This document shows, piece by piece, positions 56,797-64,000 of a stretch of DNA of 64,000 nucleotides (its first letter is position 1; each line of letters starts with the position of its first letter). A program made the translations under genes and the position numbers. The stretch lies in the NCBI GenBank assembly GCA_017461765.1, contig JAFTXO010000027.1, positions 9,659 to 73,658 on the forward strand, read 5' to 3'. The notes under the pieces were generated by a model. It saw only the letters and a program-made list of their open reading frames with translations. It was not told the DNA's origin and ran no database searches. Origin of the DNA: Clostridia bacterium. Its GTDB lineage: Bacteria > Bacillota > Clostridia > Oscillospirales > CAG-272.

Positions 56797-56815
56797 AGTT
56801 ATTTAAATATTTATC

Positions 56816-58600
56816 TTAAGCATAAAGGAGTGCTGAAATATCTTTTATTGACAAAACTGCGGGGTTTTGTGCTATCTTGGGAGAGATGCTCTTCAAGTGT
56901 TCAGCACGGTCGGCGTATGTTGCGGGAGCAAAGGATGTTGTAGTAGCCTTAGCGCTTCTTGATGTTACCATACCGTCGAAATGAGGATAAACGTAATCCT
57001 CCTCATATACCTCAAGCTCTTTGAGATAGGGGAATATACCTGCGTTTGACTTGAATACAACGCGGATATCATCTGTAGCAACAGCTTCCGAAAGCTCAAA
57101 GGATACGATGTATTCCTTGTTCTTTTCGTTAAAGGATGTACCGGAAGCTACGGTCTTGAATTCTCCGTCTACCTTTGCCTGAATATCAAAGGAGAGAACG
57201 TGCTTGCCGTAGAATTTCTTTTCAATGAAGTCCTCGTCAACAATAGGATCGTTGAAGTAGAGAACTATCTTGTTTACACTGTGTTCTTCTTTAAGAGTAA
57301 CACCGCAGTAAACATCCTTTTCGGGAGTCTGAGCGAACCATGAAAATGAGTCGTCCGCAATAAGACCGTCTGTGAGGTAGTCTACGGAAGAAACAGCGTA
57401 TTTGTCAAAGTTTGATGATGCGTAAACAGAGCCGAAGCAAGCAAGGTTGCCGCCTGCTATGGATTGCTTTCTTGCCTCCGAGAGATAGTCAGCAAGGAAT
57501 ACGCACTTTTCATCATTTTCAACATCGGGATCATCATAGATGGTAGCAACCATTTCAGTCAAAGCAGCGTTTCCGCCGTTTGTATTGTTGAATATTACCT
57601 TCAAGCCTGAGATAGTTATATATTCACCGGAGAAGGGAATATTAACGGAATCAGCAGCGCCGGTTGAAGGAGTAACTGTCATGTTTTCCGCGATAGGCTC
57701 CCAAGTGTCTCCCTTGAGAACTTCAACCGTGATATCAAATGAAGAAGCGTTGTCAAGAGTAATTGCGCCGAAGTTAAGGGCTATTTCTGATACCTTATAT
57801 TCAGCATCAAATTGTTTAGCGATCCATTCGCCGCCTGTCTTGGAATTAGCAGCCCAGAATGTTGAATACGAGATGTCGGTTGCCAAGTAAGGATATTGAG
57901 CTCTCATAGAGGATGAAGCCTCTACAATGTTATTGCTGAGAGCAGCGTTTGTTACCATGTAAGCTCCGTCGGGAACGTCCCATAAGGGCTCTTCACCGGG
58001 TCTTGCCATAACGTCTATATCGTAAACAAGAGGTGGAGACCAAGCTGTGTATCCTGAAACCTCGATACGGATCTTTCTTGTTGTAAGACCCTTGAGATCT
58101 TCGGGAACTGTAAGATGAACGATCTTTGCATCAATGCTTGTTATTTGCTTATCAGCCATTCTCTTAGCGAGATCTTCGTCAATAGGATAATCTTCAATTT
58201 CAGTGTTTGTAGCGAATGTTACCCAATCTCCGAGAACAAGTGCTTTAGCAGTAAATGTAGTGCCTGCTACGCTTGCATATACCAAAAGCTCGTTGATCTC
58301 GTAGTAAGATGTGAACGAAAGCTCGATATACTGAGTGTCCTTGGGGTTGATGGAGGGGTCTCTGCCTGAGTAACTCGGACGCCAGAAGCAGTATCCGCCA
58401 AGCTCCCAGAAGTGATCCTCAATTACGCCGTCAGCAGCGTATTTCGGCGCGGAATAATAGTTCCATGATGATGATGCCTTAGCGGAAGCGTTTTTCGTTA
58501 CACTTTCGAAAGGAACTTCCTCTTCTTCTGCACTTGCAAAGATTGCAATACAGGGAAGAAGCATCAAAACACAGAGTATAAGTGAGATAATTCTTTTCAT
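56816..58600 (-). CDS. Secreted protein with multiple F5/8 type C (discoidin)-like domains
   Basis: 594 aa. Signal peptide MKRIISLILCVLMLLPCIAIFASA. Repeated roughly 140-aa beta-sandwich-like modules are present; the family assignment is from pattern memory. Confidence 0.65.
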   Translation of the reverse strand: MKRIISLILCVLMLLPCIAIFASAEEEEVPFESVTKNASAKASSSWNYYSAPKYAADGVIEDHFWELGGYCFWRPSYSGRDPSINPKDTQYIELSFTSYYEINELLVYASVAGTTFTAKALVLGDWVTFATNTEIEDYPIDEDLAKRMADKQITSIDAKIVHLTVPEDLKGLTTRKIRIEVSGYTAWSPPLVYDIDVMARPGEEPLWDVPDGAYMVTNAALSNNIVEASSSMRAQYPYLATDISYSTFWAANSKTGGEWIAKQFDAEYKVSEIALNFGAITLDNASSFDITVEVLKGDTWEPIAENMTVTPSTGAADSVNIPFSGEYITISGLKVIFNNTNGGNAALTEMVATIYDDPDVENDEKCVFLADYLSEARKQSIAGGNLACFGSVYASSNFDKYAVSSVDYLTDGLIADDSFSWFAQTPEKDVYCGVTLKEEHSVNKIVLYFNDPIVDEDFIEKKFYGKHVLSFDIQAKVDGEFKTVASGTSFNEKNKEYIVSFELSEAVATDDIRVVFKSNAGIFPYLKELEVYEEDYVYPHFDGMVTSRSAKATTTSFAPATYADRAEHLKSISPKIAQNPAVLSIKDISALLYA

Positions 58601-58798
58601 TTTGAACTCCTTTATTTATATTACAAGATTTATCTATTGTGTATTTTACCATACATAAAGGAATATTTCAAGTCTTTTTTGTAAAATTTATCAAAAATAT
58701 ATATAAAAATATTATTGAATTTAAAAATAGTTCACAAAAGAATGAATTTTGCTGTATAGAAAAAAGAAAAAAATCATATAATACTACAAAAGGCAAAA

Positions 58799-58852
58799 GT
58801 CACCGTTGCGCTGACCCCGTTGGGGCGCAATGGTGACGCCTTTTTCTTTTTT
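58799..58852. terminator. Hairpin terminator after ribF (stronger T-run on the + strand)
   Basis: GTCACCGTTGCGC (58799-58811) pairs with GCGCAATGGTGAC (58825-58837). TTTTTCTTTTTT follows on the + strand and TTTTG on the minus strand. Confidence 0.7.
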
Positions 58853-58858
58853 GCTTTA

Positions 58859-59770
58859 TCAAAAGAAATAGCTTTTGGAAGCTTCGATATCTTTTTGTAT
58901 CTGAGCCTTCAACTCGTCAAGAGAGGGAAATTTCCTTTCATCTCTTAGAAATTTATAAAAATTGACACGGATAAAAGAGCCGTAAAGCTCTTTATCAAAG
59001 CCGATTATGTGCGTTTCTATATTTTGCTCACTGCCATAAGGATCGGTCGTCGGACGCACGCCTACATTGGTAATCGACGGATAAACATCCTCGCCTATTT
59101 CACATTCGGTGATGTATACGCCCCTTTTCGGTATTACCTTGTCCTTCGGGATGCTTTGATTTATTGTTGGAACGCCTATCGTTCTGCCAAGATGCTTTCC
59201 TTCCTTGACCTTTGCGTAAATGCTATAAGGAGAAGCAAGATGAACGAGCTTTTCTATGTCACCGTTTTCTATGAATTTTCTTAAAAGCGTCGAGCTCAAC
59301 ACCTCGTTTTCAAAAGCTGTTTTTTCGCAAATCTGAACACATCCGCCGACGTTTTCGAACATATTTTTAAGATCCTCTGCACCAAAAGCACCGCCGTTTC
59401 CGAATTTGAAGTTAAATCCGCACACAGCCCCCTGCGCCTTAAGAGCGCCTCTCAGTATATTCTCGAAAAAGCCGTTTCCGTCGAGAGAGGAGACATTTTC
59501 AAAATCCTCGATGCATATATAATCAATGCCGAATTTTTTTATAAGCCTGATCTTTTCGTCAAGAGAAAAAATACATCTTGCCGATTTTGTCATAGGAATT
59601 GAGGAAAAGGTATAAACAACGCTTTTTGCCTTCATCTGACGGGCAAGAGAAGCGCAGGAGGCAAAAACAGATAAATGTCCCTTGTGACAACCGTCAAACG
59701 TGCCGAGGGCGACAACGGTGTTCTCGGTTATACCGCAAAGCTGCATGGTTTTAAGATCGTAAATTTTCAT
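58859..59770 (-). CDS. ribF: Bifunctional riboflavin kinase / FMN adenylyltransferase
   Basis: 303 aa. GTFDGCHKGH is in the N-terminal FAD synthetase part and PTINQ...GVY...E.H is in the kinase part. Confidence 0.92.
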   Translation of the reverse strand: MKIYDLKTMQLCGITENTVVALGTFDGCHKGHLSVFASCASLARQMKAKSVVYTFSSIPMTKSARCIFSLDEKIRLIKKFGIDYICIEDFENVSSLDGNGFFENILRGALKAQGAVCGFNFKFGNGGAFGAEDLKNMFENVGGCVQICEKTAFENEVLSSTLLRKFIENGDIEKLVHLASPYSIYAKVKEGKHLGRTIGVPTINQSIPKDKVIPKRGVYITECEIGEDVYPSITNVGVRPTTDPYGSEQNIETHIIGFDKELYGSFIRVNFYKFLRDERKFPSLDELKAQIQKDIEASKSYFF

Positions 59771-59927
59771 CTTTGTCTCCTTTCTTTTTTCTATTTATTT
59801 TAGTACAAAAAAACGATTTTTTCAACCGTAAAATGCAAAAATGTGTGAAATATTCAAAATTTTATATACAAAAATGAAAAAATGTGTTAAAATGAAATAT
59901 ATAACCTGTATGAAAGGAGCGGATATT

Positions 59928-60920
59928 ATGAAGATCGTGTGGCTCGGCCAGGGCGGACTTTTGATGGTTTCGGGTAAAAAAAGAATACTTGTCGACCCGT
60001 ATCTCAGTAACTCGTGCGCAAAGAACGATAAAAATATGTCAAGACGCGTAAGAGTGAAAAAGAAATTCTTGCGTTGCAAGCCCGATATGATAATTTTAAC
60101 AAACTGTCATCCCGACCATACGGATATAAAAACAATATCGGCCATTTTATACAAATCAAGAAAGCATATAACCGTGCTTGCTTGCGAAAATGCGTTCAGA
60201 ATTCTCGAAGGAGCAGATATCAAATCAAGATATACAAGAGTTATGTTCGGCGAGGGTGATGAATGGACATTTGAAAATATTCTTATAAAGGGAATTCGCG
60301 CAAAGACAGACGATAAGAGCGCGTTCGGCTTTTCTCTTGATGATGAGATGAGCGAAAAAAGATTTTACTATTCGGGAAATACTCTTTACAGTAGATATGT
60401 TATTGAGCAGATACCAAAAAACATTGATACCGCATTCATACCGATAAGCGGGGAATACGGATGTATGAATATATACGACGCGGCACGCTTTGCCATAGAT
60501 ACGGGAGCTAAAAATATAGTTCCTATGTCATTTGGAATGTTTGACAGTATAGATCCGAGCAGGCTTGTATCGTCGAATACCGTTGTTCCGAAAATATATA
60601 AAACGATCCCTCTTGAGCCGGAGGACGAGGAATGTGTTTCGGAAAGCACAAAGGTAAAAAAGAAAAAGTCGGAGCTTAACGATATCTTTAAATCGGAAAA
60701 GGCAAAAGAGCAGGAATACATAGAAAGAAAAAGACTTATTGAAGAAAGCAGTAGTACGGTCGAGGTTATCGAGGAGCCTGTCGAGCAGGTGAATAAATAT
60801 GAGGACGAAAGCACAAGAGAGTTCAATATAAGACTCGCCAAGGCAATAGAGGCAGGCAGAACCTATACACGAACCAAAATACAAATAAAGGATAAGAATA
60901 CCTCAGATACAAAAAAGTAA
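59928..60920 (+). CDS. MBL-fold protein with degenerate metal motif and long Lys/Glu-rich C-terminal tail
   Basis: Start at MKIVWLGQGG after AAAGGAG. The motif reads NCHPDH instead of HxHxDH. The last roughly 105 aa are a low-complexity K/E-rich tail. Confidence 0.7.
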   Translation: MKIVWLGQGGLLMVSGKKRILVDPYLSNSCAKNDKNMSRRVRVKKKFLRCKPDMIILTNCHPDHTDIKTISAILYKSRKHITVLACENAFRILEGADIKSRYTRVMFGEGDEWTFENILIKGIRAKTDDKSAFGFSLDDEMSEKRFYYSGNTLYSRYVIEQIPKNIDTAFIPISGEYGCMNIYDAARFAIDTGAKNIVPMSFGMFDSIDPSRLVSSNTVVPKIYKTIPLEPEDEECVSESTKVKKKKSELNDIFKSEKAKEQEYIERKRLIEESSSTVEVIEEPVEQVNKYEDESTREFNIRLAKAIEAGRTYTRTKIQIKDKNTSDTKK

Positions 60921-60924
60921 AGAT

Positions 60925-60955
60925 AGCCGACGCTTGCAAAAGTGTCGGTTTTTTG
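60925..60955 (+). terminator. Terminator after the MBL-fold gene
   Basis: CCGACGC...GTGTCGG followed by TTTTTT. Confidence 0.7.
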
Positions 60956-61032
60956 TCGAATAGAAAAATTTATCATATTATAATATCAGGCGCAGACTAC
61001 TTTGATGCGTCAATATGATATAAGGATTTTAT

Positions 61033-61260
61033 ATGATAAGATTAAGCGAGCTTGCAAGAAACGAAAGATGCAGGGTGGTAAAGCTTTTTGCTCAGGGAAA
61101 AATGCGCCTGAGGCTTCATTCCTTCGGCGTATTCGAGGGAGAGGAGATAAGAGCTGTGAGAAAAAGTGTCCTCGGAGATCCCACAATGTATCAGATCGAC
61201 ACAACGTATGTCGCGCTTCGTTATGAGGAAGCTTTTCTTATAGGTGTAGAGAGGATATAA
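61033..61260 (+). CDS. feoA: FeoA family protein
   Basis: 75 aa with an SH3-like FeoA pattern (LSELARNERCRVVKL...GVFEGEEIRAV). RBS AAGGA. Confidence 0.85.
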   Translation: MIRLSELARNERCRVVKLFAQGKMRLRLHSFGVFEGEEIRAVRKSVLGDPTMYQIDTTYVALRYEEAFLIGVERI

Positions 61261-63302
61261 TGAAGAAAAAAATATCCGATACCAAAAAAAATAATTTGCC
61301 GAATGAAAACGCGGTAAGAATAGCGCTGGCAGGAAACCCGAATGTAGGAAAAAGCACGATATTCAATGCTCTTACCGGAATGAAGCAGCATACGGGAAAC
61401 TGGACGGGAAAGACGGTTGAAAACGCACAGGGCTATTTTAAGGCGAACGGGAAGAATTATATTTTAACAGACACCCCCGGGGCTTATTCACTTGAAAGCT
61501 ACTCCGAGGAGGAGACGGTTACAAGAGATTTTTTGCTTTTTGCAGAACCCGATATGAGTGTGGTGGTTTGCGACGCGTCAAAGCTTAGCAGGACGCTGAA
61601 GCTTTTTATTGAAATAACGCAGATAAATAAAAACGCGATCCTTTGTGTTAATTTGATCGATGAGGCGCAAAAGGACGGGATATGTGTCGATACTTCAAAG
61701 CTTTCCGAGCTTTTGGGTGTTAGCGTTATTGCTACCGATGCACGACGTAAAAAAGGAATATCGGAGCTTAAAAATGCTCTTGATAACAGTAAGGCGTGTT
61801 CGCTGAATATAGCATATTCGAAAAAAACAGAGGAGCTGATCGCACTTGTTTCGCAAAAGCTTGAACAGTGTCAGCTTCCGAAAAGATATGTGGCTATTGA
61901 GCTTTTAAAGGGTAACGCCGTTTTGGTTGAAAAGCTCCCTTTCGGAAACGGTATCCTTGGGGAAGTGGCTGAAATTTTAGAAAAAGAGAACCTTACCTTT
62001 CAAAACATATGCGACGAGGTGTCAGAAAAAATTGCTTTAGTATCAAAGCAAATTTCCAAAATGGTGATAACCAGAAACGAAAAAAGCAGAAAAATAACGA
62101 CCGAAAAGATAGACTCCGTGCTTGCCGGAAAGGTATTTTCCTTTCCGTGTATGCTTCTTTTTATGTGTTTTATCTTTTATATAACGGTAGCCTTTGCAAA
62201 TTACCCAAGCTCGTTTCTTTCGGAGCTTTTTGCAAAAGCAGAGGAATTTTTGTATTCATGTATATCAAAAACAGCGAGCCCTGTGTGGCTTAATGATCTT
62301 TTATTGAAGGGCGCATTCCGCACACTCGGTTGGGTAATTTCCGTAATGCTTCCGCCAATGGCGATATTCTTTCCGTTGTTCACACTTCTTGAGGATTGGG
62401 GATATCTGCCGAGGATTGCGTTCAATCTTGACCGATGCTTCAAAAAATGCTCTTCGTGCGGAAAGCAATCCCTTACTATGTGTATGGGCTTTGGCTGTAA
62501 CGCGAGCGGAGTTGTCGGAGCAAGAATAATAAGCACGCGGCGCGAAAGAATAATGGCGATAGTTACCAACTCCTTTGTGCCGTGTAACGGGAAATTTCCG
62601 ACCATGATAACGCTTATTACCGTGTTTTTTGTTGGCGCTTATGCAAAAAGCTTCCTTGTTGCCCTGATACTTGCCGCAATAATAATTTGTTGCGTTATTC
62701 TTACACTCCTCGTCACCAAGCTTCTTTCCGTGACGCTTTTGAAGGGGGAAAGATCGTCGTTTATACTGGAGCTTCCGCCGTATCGGCGTCCTCAGATCGG
62801 AAAAACGCTCGTGCGCTCTCTCTTTGACAGAACACTTTTCGTTCTTTCAAGAGCAATTATAGTTTCAGTGCCCGCGGGAATTATAATATGGTGTCTTTCT
62901 AACATTTACATCGCGGATGTGTCGATAATAACATACATTTCCGAATTTTTAGACCCGATAGGACGGCTCTTGGGGCTTGACGGAGTGATACTTCTTGCAT
63001 TTATCCTTGGCTTGCCCGCAAACGAAATAGTTTTGCCGATAGCCTTAATGGCATACACCTCGTCCTCGTCTCTTCAGGAAAGCACGGATATATTAGCGAC
63101 TCATGCGCTCCTAGTGGAAAACGGCTGGACTTATGTCACCGCGATATGCTTTATAATCTTTTCGCTTTTCCACTCCCCGTGCCTTACGACACTGCTCACG
63201 ATAAAGAAAGAAACGGGAAGCGTTAAGTGGATGATAGTAAGCGCACTTCTGCCAACACTTTTCGGTGTCCTTTTGTGTGCGCTTGTAAATTTAATACTTT
63301 AA
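61260..63302 (+). CDS. feoB: Ferrous iron transporter FeoB
   Basis: 680 aa. The G-domain motifs GNPNVGKST and DTPG are followed by a polytopic membrane domain. Its start overlaps the feoA stop. Confidence 0.93.
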   Translation: MKKKISDTKKNNLPNENAVRIALAGNPNVGKSTIFNALTGMKQHTGNWTGKTVENAQGYFKANGKNYILTDTPGAYSLESYSEEETVTRDFLLFAEPDMSVVVCDASKLSRTLKLFIEITQINKNAILCVNLIDEAQKDGICVDTSKLSELLGVSVIATDARRKKGISELKNALDNSKACSLNIAYSKKTEELIALVSQKLEQCQLPKRYVAIELLKGNAVLVEKLPFGNGILGEVAEILEKENLTFQNICDEVSEKIALVSKQISKMVITRNEKSRKITTEKIDSVLAGKVFSFPCMLLFMCFIFYITVAFANYPSSFLSELFAKAEEFLYSCISKTASPVWLNDLLLKGAFRTLGWVISVMLPPMAIFFPLFTLLEDWGYLPRIAFNLDRCFKKCSSCGKQSLTMCMGFGCNASGVVGARIISTRRERIMAIVTNSFVPCNGKFPTMITLITVFFVGAYAKSFLVALILAAIIICCVILTLLVTKLLSVTLLKGERSSFILELPPYRRPQIGKTLVRSLFDRTLFVLSRAIIVSVPAGIIIWCLSNIYIADVSIITYISEFLDPIGRLLGLDGVILLAFILGLPANEIVLPIALMAYTSSSSLQESTDILATHALLVENGWTYVTAICFIIFSLFHSPCLTTLLTIKKETGSVKWMIVSALLPTLFGVLLCALVNLIL

Positions 63303-63304
63303 AG

Positions 63305-63331
63305 AAAAAATCTCCTAAACAGGGGATTTTT
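63305..63331 (+). terminator. Terminator after feoB
   Basis: AAAAAATCTCCT-AAAC-AGGGGATTTTTT (one mismatch in the stem). Confidence 0.6.
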
Positions 63332-63397
63332 TCTTGATTTATCTAATCAAATATGCTATTATATAGTTGTATAGCCTATTATTTGAAAGGAAAGAAT

Positions 63398-64000
63398 ATG
63401 AATTACACATTTTCGGATCTTCAAAAATATCTCGATACCGTTCTTGTACGCGAAAAAGTACCGGGATTTGTTTGTAAGGTCTTACATAAAGGAAATTTGG
63501 TATTCGATTACGCAGGCGGATACTCAGACGAAAATAAACAGAAGCCGATGACGGGTAGGGAGCATTTCTTTATCTATTCCGCATCTAAGCCGATAACCTG
63601 CGCTGCGGCAATGCACGCTTACGAGGAAGGAAAATTCCTTATGGGACATCCTCTTTGGTGGTATCTTAATGAGTTTGGCGAATGTAAGGTGAAAACAAAG
63701 CAGCCTGACGGAAGCATCACTCTCGAGCCTCTTAATGAGCCTATAAGAGTTCAGGATCTTTTCACAATGAGCGCAGGACTTAATTATAATTTCGATACTC
63801 CCGCTATTAAGGAGGCTCTTGCGAAGAATCCCAAAGCTCCTACAAGAGAGATAATGCGTGCAATAGCAAAAGGAAATCTTGATTTTCAGCCGGGAACAAG
63901 ATGGCAGTACAGCCTTTGCCACGATGTTCTTGCAGGCCTTGTAGAGGTCGCAACGGGTGAAAGATTTGCCGATTATGTAAAAAGAGTTATCTTCGATCCG
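63398..64000 (+). CDS. Serine hydrolase (class C beta-lactamase / PBP-like family), C-terminus outside the window
   Basis: Own translation: MNYTFSDLQKYLD...FFIYSASKPITCAAAM (an SxxK motif)...WQYSLCHDVLAGLVE. The frame is open to position 64000. This ORF is not in the supplied track. Confidence 0.75.
   Translation, partial: MNYTFSDLQKYLDTVLVREKVPGFVCKVLHKGNLVFDYAGGYSDENKQKPMTGREHFFIYSASKPITCAAAMHAYEEGKFLMGHPLWWYLNEFGECKVKTKQPDGSITLEPLNEPIRVQDLFTMSAGLNYNFDTPAIKEALAKNPKAPTREIMRAIAKGNLDFQPGTRWQYSLCHDVLAGLVEVATGERFADYVKRVIFDP

Noticed and set aside
58639-58836. 65-aa ORF, or a + strand small RNA ending at the strongly + oriented terminator at 58799-58852.
   Set aside because: The ORF is AT-rich promoter DNA of the discoidin gene and has no RBS. 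I could not find a convincing + strand promoter, so the hairpin is most simply the bidirectional terminator of ribF.
60956-61032. Possible Fur box in AATTTATCATATTATAATATCA upstream of feoA.
   Set aside because: The best alignment to the 7-1-7 TGATAAT-N-ATTATCA consensus gives only one reasonable half-site (TTTATCA). The AT-rich match overlaps a TATAAT -10 and is not distinguishable from promoter sequence.
61002-61226. 74-aa ORF overlapping feoA in another frame, and the antisense ORF at 61010-61204.
   Set aside because: The 61033 frame gives a clear FeoA sequence with an RBS. The alternative frames give Arg/Cys-rich nonsense.

Overview
64-kb chromosomal window from a low-GC Gram-positive, Clostridia-like genome. 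Supporting signals are GGAGG-type RBSs, some TTG starts, CIRCE-controlled groES-groEL, a UPF0735 ACT protein after thrB, DUF1292 and DUF1846. It holds about 50 protein genes and one tRNA-Gln(UUG). I saw no rRNA, CRISPR array, transposase, integrase or phage genes. In order: DUF1846 (partial), recG and a ROK glucokinase. Then a 12.4-kb seven-gene operon (5565-17892) with a giant CBM-like/solute-binding fusion protein, two complete MalFG-type permease pairs, an NHL-TPR-Yip1 membrane protein and a DUF5696-like protein, but no ABC ATPase. Then a 571-aa membrane protein and divergent threonine-pathway operons (hom-ask-asd and thrC-thrB-ACT). Then an ECF sigma factor fused to an unknown 255-aa domain, a MacB-type ABC ATPase/permease fusion with a small membrane protein, an AGCS symporter, groES-groEL-DUF1292 and an MBL hydrolase. 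tRNA-Gln is followed by a visibly AT-richer accessory stretch (about 36.0-44.2 kb) of small promoter/terminator-delimited cassettes. The rest is glycan-utilisation genes (heparinase II/III-like, SGNH esterase, GH95-like, GH30-like, discoidin-domain protein), a secreted non-specific nuclease and a metallophosphoesterase lipoprotein, MgtC, MFS, ribF, feoAB and a partial serine hydrolase. The most unusual signals are four. (1) A family of compound palindromic intergenic elements, with four AT-rich words on the left arm and their reverse complements on the right arm, each word separated by a GC mini-hairpin; they sit right after terminators and, in three copies, right before sigma-A promoters. One lies inside a split bidirectional terminator, and two near-identical copies carry a promoter plus RBS and bracket a 1.85-kb block. 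(2) The ATPase-less double-permease locus. (3) A riboswitch-like 5' leader in front of a small Cys-rich protein gene. (4) The ECF sigma fusion with an in-frame internal SD-ATG at the domain boundary. All family names come from motif recognition by eye; no database search, folding or statistics program was run.
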